Below the pieces are notes generated by a model. That model had not been told where the DNA came from. It did no database searches and saw nothing but the letters and a program-made list of their open reading frames with translations. Shown here piece after piece: positions 9,286 to 19,455 of a DNA stretch of 64,000 nucleotides. The stretch lies in contig OZ242320.1 in assembly GCA_965208125.1 (NCBI GenBank), forward strand, positions 5,408,001 through 5,472,000, in the 5' to 3' direction. Positions within the stretch are counted from its first letter, which is position 1. Each line of letters begins with the position of its first letter. The position numbers were made by a program, and so were the translations under genes. The stretch comes from Candidatus Latescibacterota bacterium (GTDB lineage Bacteria > Latescibacterota > UBA2968).

Positions 9286-10248
9286 TTAAAACGACCCACT
9301 AACAGCAATCCGCAGCGGCGCATCGAAATACACGCCGCCATCGCTATACGACAGATCCACGCGGATATCTCGCCCGCCAAAATCGTACTTTAGGCCAACG
9401 CCCAGGCTGTAATCTTCCACGTCGTAGTTGACCTTATACCCACCGCGTAATGCGAGCATATTGGAAATCCACAACTCACCGCCAAAATTCCATCGCTGAC
9501 CGTAATCAGTTGCCATAATGGTCTCGCCCGCGAGTGTCAAATACGTCGGATCGCCCTGTTCGCCATAGACCTCACCTGCCAGCCCAAAATTGAAATTGAT
9601 CGGCGGTGAATACTGCTCGGTTTCCACAGTAATATCGGCACCCACATTGCGCGCGGCAGCGGCAATACGCAAACTGCGATAGCCCGTATATGCCGAAATG
9701 CCCAGATCAAACTGAAATGTACTCGTCGTTTTGAGCACCAGATCTTCCTGAACCCACCGCGCCTGCACACCCCAGGACACTTTATCGGTCATCTGACGCG
9801 CAAACATAAACCCAATGGCTGTATCGCCGCCCTGGATCATGCGCCCGGTACCTGTGGCCTGAAAAATCGTCGTTTCCTCCACCTCTTCGGGCACAAAACT
9901 CACAATTGAAACGCCAAACGTATTGCCGCCCCATTTGTAAGCCAATGCCCCCGAATACAATCCCGAATTGACCAGCCAGCGCGTGTAGGACAGCGCGTAC
10001 TCGCCGTCCGAAACAAATCCCAGCGCACCGGGATTGTAAAAAGACGCATCAATACCGCCGTTCATCGCGACAAAGGCTTCGCCCATAGCCACGGCACGGG
10101 GCGATGCACCGATTTTGAGAAATGCCAGCGACGACTGCCCCTTCACCGGCAAAATCGTACCGTATTCGCCAAAATCCGACTGGGCAAAGGCCGGTCCTGT
10201 CATCAGCCCGACCACCAGCATCAGCACCAGCAATATTCGTTTGTTCAT
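9286..10248 (-). CDS. PorV/PorQ family (UPF0164) outer-membrane beta-barrel
   Basis: Signal peptide, FLKIGASPRAVAMGEAF, FYNPGAL, LRGGY motifs, C-terminal F. Confidence 0.85.
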   Translation of the reverse strand: MNKRILLVLMLVVGLMTGPAFAQSDFGEYGTILPVKGQSSLAFLKIGASPRAVAMGEAFVAMNGGIDASFYNPGALGFVSDGEYALSYTRWLVNSGLYSGALAYKWGGNTFGVSIVSFVPEEVEETTIFQATGTGRMIQGGDTAIGFMFARQMTDKVSWGVQARWVQEDLVLKTTSTFQFDLGISAYTGYRSLRIAAAARNVGADITVETEQYSPPINFNFGLAGEVYGEQGDPTYLTLAGETIMATDYGQRWNFGGELWISNMLALRGGYKVNYDVEDYSLGVGLKYDFGGRDIRVDLSYSDGGVYFDAPLRIAVSGSF

Positions 10249-10259
10249 GTTGGGCTTCC

Positions 10260-12635
10260 TTATCTCAAAATGTAAAACGTCCCCGTCACCGTTTGCCCCA
10301 TACTTTCGGGCGTCAGTGATTCAACGACGTAAAAATAAATCCCACTGGCCACATCAGGCGAAGTCACATTGCGTTCAATTTGGAACCACGATGCTTCGCC
10401 TGAACTGGCATCGTCGTGCAGGATTTCACCCACAATATCGCCCGCCACATTGTAGATCAACACGCGGCTTTTGGGGGGCAATCCCAGAAAGCGGATCTTT
10501 TTTGAACTCTGATAATTATAAGCCGCTTCCGACAAACTGAATGGATTGGGCACCACGCGCACGCGCTTCTCCGGCCAGGACGGTGCCAGCCCCGGCTGAA
10601 ACGGACTGAGATCCAGATTCACGCGCTGCTCGGGGGCAGAATATCCACCTTCGAGTCCAGCCTGTAAATGCCCCTGCACTTCTTCGGGCAAATCGCCCAT
10701 ACTCGACATGCCATTGCTCCATGAACTGCGCGGTTTGGCGAAAGCCCGCACATTGTAAAAGTATCGGAACCCGGCAACTGCCGTATTATCGCGCCACACG
10801 TATTGACCGCCCGAATAGTCCCAGGTACTTCCGCTTGTGCCTGCAGTGACTGTACCGACGTGTTCCCAGGGACCAAATTCCTGATAAGCGGATCGGAACA
10901 CGCGATATCCCACCACATCGGCATCGCCAAAATCTGGATGCACCGACGACTCAGCGGCATCGTTCCACGTCAATGTAATCTCGGCATCCTGATTCACCCC
11001 AGGCGCAAACTTCACATCAGGTGGATAATCGGGCAGATCGTACATATTGTCGTACGCGAATTGCGCGGCCTTCAAATGCGCCACAAGAGCAGCTTCTCCC
11101 TCGCTCAACCGCGCCAATCGTTCTTCTACGGGCAGTGGAATGTCTTTCATACAAAATGCCTGCACATCCACTGCATAAGCCGACTGACCCTCTCGGGATA
11201 TCGCCTGCGCGCCTGTCCCGGCGACATAAGCCACCACGATCTTGGCCTTCTCTCCCACAGCCAGATTATACGGCCCAAAAGTGAGTGCATTGGCCATCGC
11301 GTTGACGGTGGTTGGATTGGCATCAGTTGTCCCCGAAAAAGTTGTGTAAATACCCTGCTCGGAATCGCTCTGCAAATTCGGCAAATCCGTCCTCAACCCC
11401 CAGAAATCGCGCGTTTCCCACCACTTTGACGTCCTGGGTTGTTCGCCTACAGGATTGACGTATTTGCCCTGATCACTGGCATTGAACACATGCGATGGCC
11501 CACTATCGCGATAGGCCAATGGTGCAACGCCCACGTATTGCGGCGATCTCATTTGCCCGTCGAATACACCGCCCGGCAGTCTTTTGGCATTGCCGTGTAC
11601 GCTTTCAATATAAACGGGCTGCCCGGTGTCCTCTTCAGCACGCTGGATACTGTCTCCATCCCATTGATAGTTCATCTTCAGATCGACATATTCAGCAGGT
11701 CCGTCGTAATTCGGCGCACCCGTATAGCGATAGTTATCGTCTTGCGGCTCATAAGATCCGGGCATGCCAGAGCCGATGCTGTTCCAATTGCCCTCGCCCG
11801 ACATGCTCACCGTAAAACCCTGAACAAATGCAAAATACGCACCGGTCAGGTTGTGTCCAGCACCGCCGTTCACATCGGCCACGCCATCGCCATCGGAATC
11901 ACCCGTGTTCTCAAATTCCACTTCCAAAATAAAGAAATCGTCAAACCCCTGATAACTCCAGGCCATGGCTTTCCGTGTGATCGTAACACCGTGTTTGGTC
12001 GTCCACCTGCTAAAAACAATATCTTCTGCGCGGTCATCCTTATCGGCGTCCATGTACTGTCCCCACCGATGATTGAGGACCTCATAGGGCACGCCCGTCC
12101 TCGGCGCGTCGGTTTGCAATGCAGCACCGGGATACCAGTTGGGCATAATTGCTCCCGCACCCAAGCCATGAGGCGGCACATCAACTTGATATCCCCAATT
12201 GGCTTCGGGACTGTTGGCGATATCGTAATACATCGGCGCAATATCTGCCGAAGGCGTCCACGGTCCCGAATACGATACCCCGTATTCGCCACCGACATTG
12301 GTCAACACCCATATACCTTCTCCCGCCGACAAATTCTGTGCCTCATTTTTTTGTTCGGCCCAGCTAAAACCGTTCTTTTTGCCGAAATACTCAATGTAGT
12401 CCGCGCCGGCCATATTGAGCATAAGGCCATTGCCCATGCCCGGATACGTCAAGCGGGGCGCGCCGCGAGAACTCCGGTCATCCCAGACACCGCCCTGAGT
12501 ACCCTCATTGCGGAACCCGGTCCAGAGTTGTCCTCGGGTGAGTTGCCTCATATTCTGCGTGTCCAGAGCATAGGTACCAAATGCCCATCCAAAAACTATC
12601 AGAATCAGGACAGCAGCTTGAAATTTCCTGTTCAT
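10260..12635 (-). CDS. Secreted protein with FN3-like domain and T9SS-type C-terminal sorting-like domain
   Basis: Signal peptide. FN3-like (ITLTW...GYRVFRS...Y.Y.V.A). C-terminus VRVVPNPF...IYNVAG...SGIYFYVV. Start 12635 after GGAGGA. Confidence 0.75.
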   Translation of the reverse strand: MNRKFQAAVLILIVFGWAFGTYALDTQNMRQLTRGQLWTGFRNEGTQGGVWDDRSSRGAPRLTYPGMGNGLMLNMAGADYIEYFGKKNGFSWAEQKNEAQNLSAGEGIWVLTNVGGEYGVSYSGPWTPSADIAPMYYDIANSPEANWGYQVDVPPHGLGAGAIMPNWYPGAALQTDAPRTGVPYEVLNHRWGQYMDADKDDRAEDIVFSRWTTKHGVTITRKAMAWSYQGFDDFFILEVEFENTGDSDGDGVADVNGGAGHNLTGAYFAFVQGFTVSMSGEGNWNSIGSGMPGSYEPQDDNYRYTGAPNYDGPAEYVDLKMNYQWDGDSIQRAEEDTGQPVYIESVHGNAKRLPGGVFDGQMRSPQYVGVAPLAYRDSGPSHVFNASDQGKYVNPVGEQPRTSKWWETRDFWGLRTDLPNLQSDSEQGIYTTFSGTTDANPTTVNAMANALTFGPYNLAVGEKAKIVVAYVAGTGAQAISREGQSAYAVDVQAFCMKDIPLPVEERLARLSEGEAALVAHLKAAQFAYDNMYDLPDYPPDVKFAPGVNQDAEITLTWNDAAESSVHPDFGDADVVGYRVFRSAYQEFGPWEHVGTVTAGTSGSTWDYSGGQYVWRDNTAVAGFRYFYNVRAFAKPRSSWSNGMSSMGDLPEEVQGHLQAGLEGGYSAPEQRVNLDLSPFQPGLAPSWPEKRVRVVPNPFSLSEAAYNYQSSKKIRFLGLPPKSRVLIYNVAGDIVGEILHDDASSGEASWFQIERNVTSPDVASGIYFYVVESLTPESMGQTVTGTFYILR

Positions 12636-12653
12636 ATCACTATCCTCCAATTC

Positions 12654-15600
12654 TCAAAATTGAATTTCCAGACCGATTTCCACTTCGCGCGGATGGTAAC
12701 TGTAGCGCGTGGCTTCATTCGGATCGCCATAGAGCAAATACTCGGTATCATCTGGCGGGGGTAGCCGCTGCCCGTACTGTATATACGTGAAATCCGAATT
12801 TCGGCTCTCAGTGCTCTTTTCATTGAACAAGTTGCTCACCTCCACAAATAGCGAGGGGCGCACGTTGCCAATGGCTCGAAAATCTTTGGCCGCGTGCAGA
12901 TCCGTCTTCATCGCCGTTGCTCCCGTGCGAAATTCCCGCGGGCCAATGGGTGGTACATACTCAAACGGCTTGCCACTGAAAATGCGATAGATCATGCTCA
13001 CGCGCAGACCACCAAATGGATTAATTGTGCCCATTTTGGGACCATAACCCATCGGCGTGGCATAATACAACTGAAGCGACAACTGATTCCTGCGTTGTCC
13101 ACCGGTAGGCTCTGCCGAAAAGACCTGCCCGTTTGAGGCGGTCCATATCCCGTTCTCATTGGTTTTAATAGGTGGCTGCCAGGGACCTGCACCCGGCCCT
13201 GGTGACCCGGCCTGCTCGGTCCACGCCACGATATTTGCCTCAGCTTTCGCGCTAATATCAGCCACTTGCTCAGATGTGAGTGGCACGGGCCTTTCCGAAC
13301 CATCGGATTGCACTTCCCAATCGGTCCAGTAGTGTCCGCCCGCAATAAAATCGGCATCGGGAAGCACATACCAGTTCGCAGAATGTTTTCCGTAGTGAAC
13401 GCCGCCCGGGTCGCGCACCCATTCGGCGTTGTAGGACAAATTGAACTGGAAATTGTTGCTAAACGTCTTTTTTAGCGACAATTCGATCCCGCGCGCCGTT
13501 TGCCATCTGGTATTGCGTATGGCGTTGACCTGTGAAGACTGGCCTTTGAGGGGATCTACCCAATAGGAAATGTTGTTTCTGGCGTACAACCCCTCGTCGC
13601 GTCGATAGTGTGCCGTAATACTCGCCGTATAATCGGCCACAAAGTTCCAGTCCAATCCCATTTCCATACTCGTCGTGCGCTGGGGTTTCATGCCATCGGA
13701 CGGCTGTCGCGCCGTGGTATGCACTTCCATAGCGTTCCACTTTTCGGTCTCATCAATCATGCCATTGCCATTGAGGTCATTGTCTGGTGCCTCGCTTGAA
13801 AACTGCCTGCGATGGGTTTCGAGAAGCACGGGAAAGACATTTGCTCGACCGATAAAATAGTGCGCCGCCAGGCGGTCTGTAATCGGATGCGACAGCCCCA
13901 CGCGAGGACTCAATGCCGTCATCGTTGGTTTCGAACTATCGAGGTGATCCATTTCATACCGCGCCCGCGTAAACGTGCTGTACATCGGTGATTTGCCCAG
14001 CGCTTCTCCCATTGAGCCATTGCGCCCAAAATTGTAATAATCCCAGCGCAAACCCAAGTTAGCCACCAGACCCCCGTACTCGATCTTGTCCTGCACGTAC
14101 AGGTTCAGCGTCCACGGCTTCACATTTTTGCCCAGTTCAAAACCATCTGCCACAAACTCGAGAAAGCGACTCTTGGTATTGGCAAAATCCTCCCGCGTGC
14201 GGTGATACGACCGCTGTGTGATCACCAATCCCGTCTGAATCAAGTGCGACCGATTGACCTGACTCACGAAATCGTATTTGATACCGTATTTTATATCTTC
14301 CTCTTCGGTGTATTCGCGCAACAGCGTCGGCAAAAAGAAATAGCCCGCCTTATCTTTGCGTTCCGCTTCGGTGGCATCCGGCACATCGAACGCATCGCGA
14401 TCGTATTTGTTGTAGAAAAATCTCAGATCGTAATACGTATTTTTGCCCAACGTATGTGTCAATGTCAATATCTGGAGTTGCCGGGACAATGTGTAAGTAC
14501 CCGAAGCTGAAAAATCCTCGGGCAAGAAAATATTTTGCACACTGTCGCGCCTCGATCCCTGAAACCGATCTGACCGTTGATACACCCCCAGTGCTTTAAC
14601 CTTGATATCTGCACCGGGCCGATACGTCAACGTAGCTTGCACGCGCGGCGGCTCGTCCAACACTTGCTCAGGCGCCGGAAAAATGGCCGGACTTTGAGAA
14701 TAACTCACACTGGCAAAATACGAAAAATCGCGTGTAATCGGTCCGCCCAGTGAGCCTTCCAAGCGGTGTCCGCGCTTGTCCGTATAATCGATGCGTTCGT
14801 GCGCCATACGCTCGACATCATCAGATGTCCCCATGATGCGATCTGGTCCCGGATCAATATATGTTTCATTCACCCAATCGGGATTGTCCCACTGCACATT
14901 GTCTTCAAATCTGGGGCTTTCATAAACATCTCTGCCCCAGTGCTTTTTGCCCGCAGGTGTGAACTTATACTCCACCTGACCAGAGAAATCGCCCCGACCT
15001 TCTTTTGTCACCAGGCTCACAATACCCGCACCCGCATTGCCAAATTCTGCATTCATACCACCAGTTAGCACACTCAATTCCTGAATAGCCGTGGTATTCA
15101 CACCAGTGAGCAGGCTCCGATCGACCTCAATCCCATCGATATAATAGCCCACCTGTGTACCCGCTTGCACCTGCGTTGTACTTCCGCGAATGCTATTGCT
15201 ACCATCCAGTGCCATACCCGGCTGCAATGCGATCAATTGCGATGTCGATCTCACCTGCGGCACAGCCTGAATATCTGCCGAAGAAACCACGTATTTGCTC
15301 GTGGTTTTATCCGGCTCCACAGGCGGACGCTCCGCAACAACAACTAATTCGGCCAATTCGAGACTGGCTTCTTTCAGTGCAAAATCCACCGTGGATGTAT
15401 AATCCACAATCACCTGCACGGCTTCCTTCTTTTCCGTGCCATAGCCCACCATCGTCGCTGTAAGGGTGTACATGCCGGGATCTACAGCCAGAATTAAATA
15501 GCGGCCCTCGGCATCGGTAGTAGCTCCTTTGCGGGTTCCTTCGAGTGCCACATTCGCGCCCGGCAAGGACTCACCTGTAGCGGCATCTGTGATGACACCC

Positions 15601-15680
15601 GTGATTTTACCCGCTGTTGTCGCCATGGCCGATGTACCCATCAGCAACAACAAAATAAAACCCAATATTAACCGCTTCAT
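12654..15680 (-). CDS. TonB-dependent receptor with carboxypeptidase-regulatory-like N-domain
   Basis: GKITGVITDAATGESLPGANV, plug IRG...YYIDG...GGMNAEFG, QDKIE..NLGLRWDY, SPRVGLSHP, terminal F. Confidence 0.9.
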   Translation of the reverse strand: MKRLILGFILLLLMGTSAMATTAGKITGVITDAATGESLPGANVALEGTRKGATTDAEGRYLILAVDPGMYTLTATMVGYGTEKKEAVQVIVDYTSTVDFALKEASLELAELVVVAERPPVEPDKTTSKYVVSSADIQAVPQVRSTSQLIALQPGMALDGSNSIRGSTTQVQAGTQVGYYIDGIEVDRSLLTGVNTTAIQELSVLTGGMNAEFGNAGAGIVSLVTKEGRGDFSGQVEYKFTPAGKKHWGRDVYESPRFEDNVQWDNPDWVNETYIDPGPDRIMGTSDDVERMAHERIDYTDKRGHRLEGSLGGPITRDFSYFASVSYSQSPAIFPAPEQVLDEPPRVQATLTYRPGADIKVKALGVYQRSDRFQGSRRDSVQNIFLPEDFSASGTYTLSRQLQILTLTHTLGKNTYYDLRFFYNKYDRDAFDVPDATEAERKDKAGYFFLPTLLREYTEEEDIKYGIKYDFVSQVNRSHLIQTGLVITQRSYHRTREDFANTKSRFLEFVADGFELGKNVKPWTLNLYVQDKIEYGGLVANLGLRWDYYNFGRNGSMGEALGKSPMYSTFTRARYEMDHLDSSKPTMTALSPRVGLSHPITDRLAAHYFIGRANVFPVLLETHRRQFSSEAPDNDLNGNGMIDETEKWNAMEVHTTARQPSDGMKPQRTTSMEMGLDWNFVADYTASITAHYRRDEGLYARNNISYWVDPLKGQSSQVNAIRNTRWQTARGIELSLKKTFSNNFQFNLSYNAEWVRDPGGVHYGKHSANWYVLPDADFIAGGHYWTDWEVQSDGSERPVPLTSEQVADISAKAEANIVAWTEQAGSPGPGAGPWQPPIKTNENGIWTASNGQVFSAEPTGGQRRNQLSLQLYYATPMGYGPKMGTINPFGGLRVSMIYRIFSGKPFEYVPPIGPREFRTGATAMKTDLHAAKDFRAIGNVRPSLFVEVSNLFNEKSTESRNSDFTYIQYGQRLPPPDDTEYLLYGDPNEATRYSYHPREVEIGLEIQF

Positions 15681-15701
15681 AATCCTCTCCTCGTTTGAGA
15701 T

Positions 15702-16394
15702 CTACCAGTACAATTTGAACGCCGTCCTGAAATCGAACATCGCAATGGGAAATACCCCGGGCAGATCCCACGCCTCCATCGGCCGCAAATCACCCAGAAT
15801 CATGTGATAACGCCCGCGAATATCCAGCCCGAATCGCCCCTGCACCACCGTCATGCCCAACCCCAAATTCGCACCCAAAGCCGTATGTTCATCCTCTCGA
15901 TCATCCAGCATCAGATCCTGATTCAAAGGCTCTTCTTTTTGTGCCGGATAAATCAGACCAGTAATCCGATCCTGATAATCGTAGAACCCCGCCCCCACAG
16001 CGATATAGGGCAAAAGCTGCAAATCGCTACCGGACTTTCGGGGATTCAGATACGCCAGCGCATTGATCAAAAAGCTGTTGAGGTTAAACCGAGAATTGGC
16101 ATCTGGACTCAAATATTTTTGCTTGTCAATGGGCCATGTAAATGCCAGACCTTCGATCTTTCCGTCATCCATTGTCATGTGATGGTATTCAAACTCCATC
16201 GTAGCGCGCGAACTGATCTGATAATCCAGCACCGCACCATAAACCTGAGAAGCCGAATACCGATCGTGAAACCCCAGCACGGGCACGCTGCGATTAAAAA
16301 ACACGCCAGCGCCGTATCGAGCCTCCTGGGCAGAAACCGGCACCGCGATCAACAATGCCAGCAGCCACACCTTCAACATCAAATATCTATTCAT
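15702..16394 (-). CDS. Outer-membrane beta-barrel protein (OmpA-like/porin family)
   Basis: Signal peptide, alternating beta-strands, PYIAVGAG, terminal W. Start 16394 after AGGAGG. Confidence 0.7.
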   Translation of the reverse strand: MNRYLMLKVWLLALLIAVPVSAQEARYGAGVFFNRSVPVLGFHDRYSASQVYGAVLDYQISSRATMEFEYHHMTMDDGKIEGLAFTWPIDKQKYLSPDANSRFNLNSFLINALAYLNPRKSGSDLQLLPYIAVGAGFYDYQDRITGLIYPAQKEEPLNQDLMLDDREDEHTALGANLGLGMTVVQGRFGLDIRGRYHMILGDLRPMEAWDLPGVFPIAMFDFRTAFKLYW

Positions 16395-16548
16395 AAATAT
16401 GCCTCCTTTTAACAATCAACGGTTGTATAACATTCCACATCTCATATCATATTGCCTCCTTTCCAGGGAGTACAAGGGGTTCTCTCTATTGAAGTGATGT
16501 ACAACTCCGTAGAAGTTCAATTGTCGATATCTCCCCCTTTCTCAAGTA

Positions 16549-16677
16549 TTGACAAAAAAACATAAAATTGTTAAAGTCTGTCCTTTTTGTCGTCGTATGA
16601 TAGATTTCCGAATCTCCCATACGGCCACCTGGTCGTTAGCCCGATCTCGCCAAAGTTCGAAGGCTAACGGCCTTTTT
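16549..16677 (+). ncRNA. Candidate ~95-nt small RNA with own promoter and terminator
   Basis: TTGACA(16549)-N17-TAAAGT with extended TG. Hairpin cgtatg..catacg, then GGTCGTTAGCC/GGCTAACGGCC stem + T5. Confidence 0.45.
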
Positions 16678-16717
16678 AATTTGACCAAACAGAAATTCCT
16701 AATGTTCCAACCCTTGC

Positions 16718-17488
16718 TCAAACACCCAGCTTTTTGATAAACGCCAGATTCTTCGCGTGATCGGCATTTGGATCGTCGCCCGAAGGCGTCTCCAGAACAA
16801 TATACCCATCGTAACCGATCTCGCGCATCGCCGCATCTACCGAATCAAAATCCACGCGCCCGTCCCCCAATGCCTGTCGGTCCGTATCCTTCGCGTGAAT
16901 CATCCCAACACCCTCACTTCCCAGCTTCAAAATTTCCTCAGCCGGATCCTGTCCGCGCGTCATCGTATTGCCCGTATCGTGATAGACCTTCACCGCAGGA
17001 GACCCCACGCGGTCTAAAATCATCACCAGTTGATCTGCGCTAAATGTCGTCTCCAGATCCAAAATCACGTCGTGTTCTTCCGCAACATCACCCAGTGCTT
17101 TGAACCCATCCACCAGTTGATCCCATGTCGAATCCGGCCACTCATCCATATCTCGCGGAAACATCGGCACCAGAATATGCTGCGTATCAACCGCCGCACA
17201 AGATCCAATCACATGCGTCAAAATCTCAATACCTTCGGCGCGTATTTCCGCTTCGGGCAATGCGGGATGAAATTGTGAAAACACCCCCGGCGACAGTGAA
17301 GAAATCTCAACACCCGCCGCATCTGCCAATCCCTTCAGCTTCTCTGCCCCACCATCCTCCCACAAAATATTCTCCCCATAGTCTCGCCCAACACAAAATT
17401 CCACCCCATCAAATCCAATATCCTTCGCCACTGAAAATACCGCTTCCAGCGGTGCTTTTAACATATTATCTCGAATACCGTATTTCAC
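16718..17488 (-). CDS. Sugar phosphate isomerase/epimerase (xylose isomerase-like TIM barrel)
   Basis: GFDGVE, LE, DTGN, H.KD, LG.G.VDF, GYDG...LE. Confidence 0.9.
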   Translation of the reverse strand: MKYGIRDNMLKAPLEAVFSVAKDIGFDGVEFCVGRDYGENILWEDGGAEKLKGLADAAGVEISSLSPGVFSQFHPALPEAEIRAEGIEILTHVIGSCAAVDTQHILVPMFPRDMDEWPDSTWDQLVDGFKALGDVAEEHDVILDLETTFSADQLVMILDRVGSPAVKVYHDTGNTMTRGQDPAEEILKLGSEGVGMIHAKDTDRQALGDGRVDFDSVDAAMREIGYDGYIVLETPSGDDPNADHAKNLAFIKKLGV

Positions 17489-17500
17489 AACAGATCTCCT

Positions 17501-18604
17501 TTATCGTGTAATATCTAATTGCGGCAACACCGCACACAACATCTTCGCAAAGGCTTGCCGCTCGGCGGATGGCCCCACGGTCACGCGAATGCAGCGGTCG
17601 AGCGGAGCCACGCCCGGCATCCGCACGAAGACCCCGTGCTGCAAAAGCATCTGCATCAGCCGCCGCGCTCGCGCGCCACTACCCACGTCGAGGGCCACAA
17701 AATTAGTCGCCGAAGGCACCGTTTGCAGCCCCAATTCCGCCGCCAGCACCGCGTATTCCCGTCGGCCTTCCTCTACTTGCCGTACCACCGAGCGCACGAA
17801 CGCATCGTCGCCCAGCGAAGCAAGTGCCCCGGCCTGGGCGATGCGATTGACGCCAAAGTGATTGCGCACCTTGTCGAGCGCGACCACCACATCGCGGTGT
17901 GCCAGCGCGTAGCCGACCCTGGCCCCAGCCATGCCGTGCGCCTTGGAAAACGTCCGCAACCGCACCACCTGTGCCCGTTCCACTTCCAGCGGCAACAGGG
18001 CATCCTCCGGCGCGAAGTCGATATACGCCTCGTCGAGCAGCAACACACAATCCGGCGGCAACCCCGCGATAAAATCCCGCAACTCGTCGGCTCGCTGATA
18101 GGTGCCCATGGGGTTGTCGGGATTGGCCACGTAGATCAGCTTGGGGCGCACTTTCTGCGCCTTGTCCAACAGGGCCGGCAAGTCCTCCCGATCTGCGCGA
18201 TAGGGCACCTTGTGCAACACCGCCCCGTGCCCCTCGACGTGGTAGTTAAACGTGGGATAGGCCCCCAGCGACGTCACCACCGCGTCGCCCGGGTCGGCAA
18301 AAAGGCGCACCAAAAGCCCCAACAGCTCGTCAATCCCCGCACCCAAGACGACCTCTTCCCGCGCCACCCCGTGCCGCACCGCCAACGCCGAGCGCAGATC
18401 GTATCCCTCTGGATCGTTGTACCAATGCACTTGCTCCACCGCCTCTACCATGGCCTGCCGCGCCCGCGGCGAGATACCAAAATTGCTCTCGTTAGCCCCA
18501 ACTCGCAGGGCGAGCGGCTGCCCTTGCTCCCGCTCCAATGCCTCGGGCGGCACAAAGGGAACGGTCGCTGGCAGGGCGCGGACGATGTGCGTAAACGGCA
18601 ACAC
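17501..18604 (-). CDS. PLP-dependent aminotransferase class I/II (HisC-like)
   Basis: GANE..FG, NPDNP.G, LDEAY, RTFSKAHGMAGARVGY, RVTVG. Confidence 0.9.
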   Translation of the reverse strand: MLPFTHIVRALPATVPFVPPEALEREQGQPLALRVGANESNFGISPRARQAMVEAVEQVHWYNDPEGYDLRSALAVRHGVAREEVVLGAGIDELLGLLVRLFADPGDAVVTSLGAYPTFNYHVEGHGAVLHKVPYRADREDLPALLDKAQKVRPKLIYVANPDNPMGTYQRADELRDFIAGLPPDCVLLLDEAYIDFAPEDALLPLEVERAQVVRLRTFSKAHGMAGARVGYALAHRDVVVALDKVRNHFGVNRIAQAGALASLGDDAFVRSVVRQVEEGRREYAVLAAELGLQTVPSATNFVALDVGSGARARRLMQMLLQHGVFVRMPGVAPLDRCIRVTVGPSAERQAFAKMLCAVLPQLDITR

Positions 18605-18607
18605 GGG

Positions 18608-19426
18608 TTAAGACCACACGTAGATTTCGTCGTCGTCTTCGGCATAGCCAATGAAGACGGCGAGCACCACCCGCGGATCGTCCCCCTGCACAGCAGGGAC
18701 CTCGTGGATGCAGCGCGTATTGAAGAAATACAAATCGCCCGGCTCGAGCGCGACCTCGCAGTGCGCCACGCCATGCGCGGCCGCATATTCGTGAAAACGG
18801 CCCTCAGCGATATACGGCTGTATCTCCTCGGTCCACAGACAGCGATGCAACACAGCCTGTACCCCAGGCCCTGCGGAATCCGCGTTCTGTACGCACAGCA
18901 CACCGGCAAATTGGTGGGTAAAGCGCGCCACCTCGTAGTTGAACCGCTTTTCGCGCAGAACGACGTGGTCGATGTGCGGACTATAGGCGTGGGTCTCGTA
19001 GTGGATGCGAAAGATGGCCGGGCCGTACAAGCGCCCGTCGCGCTCGCGCGCCGTCTTAACCTCCTTATTGGAAGCCAACGCCCGCAAGTGCCGATAGAGC
19101 AGTTGCACCGGGTCGAGCAAACCCGCAAAAAGGGTAGCAAAAAGCGCGTGCGTCTCCTCCGCATCTGCCAAGAACGCCTCTTGGTCGCCACCCAAGTTGC
19201 CGAGGCTGGTGCCAATGTCGATGCGCGTGCGCTCGTCGCCCGCAGCGCGCAGCAACCCGCACTCGGCAAAGCGTTCCATCAGCCGCTGACAATCGGCTGG
19301 CGTACAAACCTGAGGCAACAGAATCGCCGGTATCTCCGCCCGAGCCAAGGCGCCGAGCGGATCGGCGCACGCGTCCGGCCCCACGGGCCGCCAAGCGGCT
19401 CTTGTGTGACCCTGTGAATACTTCAA
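18608..19426 (-). CDS. Fe(II)/2-oxoglutarate-dependent oxygenase-like protein
   Basis: PHID (HxD), GDLYFFN...IHEV, R. Start uncertain (TTG near 19426 after AAAGGA). Confidence 0.7.
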   Translation of the reverse strand: MKYSQGHTRAAWRPVGPDACADPLGALARAEIPAILLPQVCTPADCQRLMERFAECGLLRAAGDERTRIDIGTSLGNLGGDQEAFLADAEETHALFATLFAGLLDPVQLLYRHLRALASNKEVKTARERDGRLYGPAIFRIHYETHAYSPHIDHVVLREKRFNYEVARFTHQFAGVLCVQNADSAGPGVQAVLHRCLWTEEIQPYIAEGRFHEYAAAHGVAHCEVALEPGDLYFFNTRCIHEVPAVQGDDPRVVLAVFIGYAEDDDEIYVWS

Positions 19427-19455
19427 TGCGGATCCTTTTAGCCTTTGCAGATGCC

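Noticed and set aside
11439-12764. 441-aa plus-strand ORF (and similar ones at 7675, 22007, 27562, 41834)
   Set aside because: Antisense to clear genes; explained by codon bias.
17519-19417. 632-aa plus-strand ORF
   Set aside because: Antisense shadow of two well-supported GC-rich minus-strand genes; no recognisable motifs.
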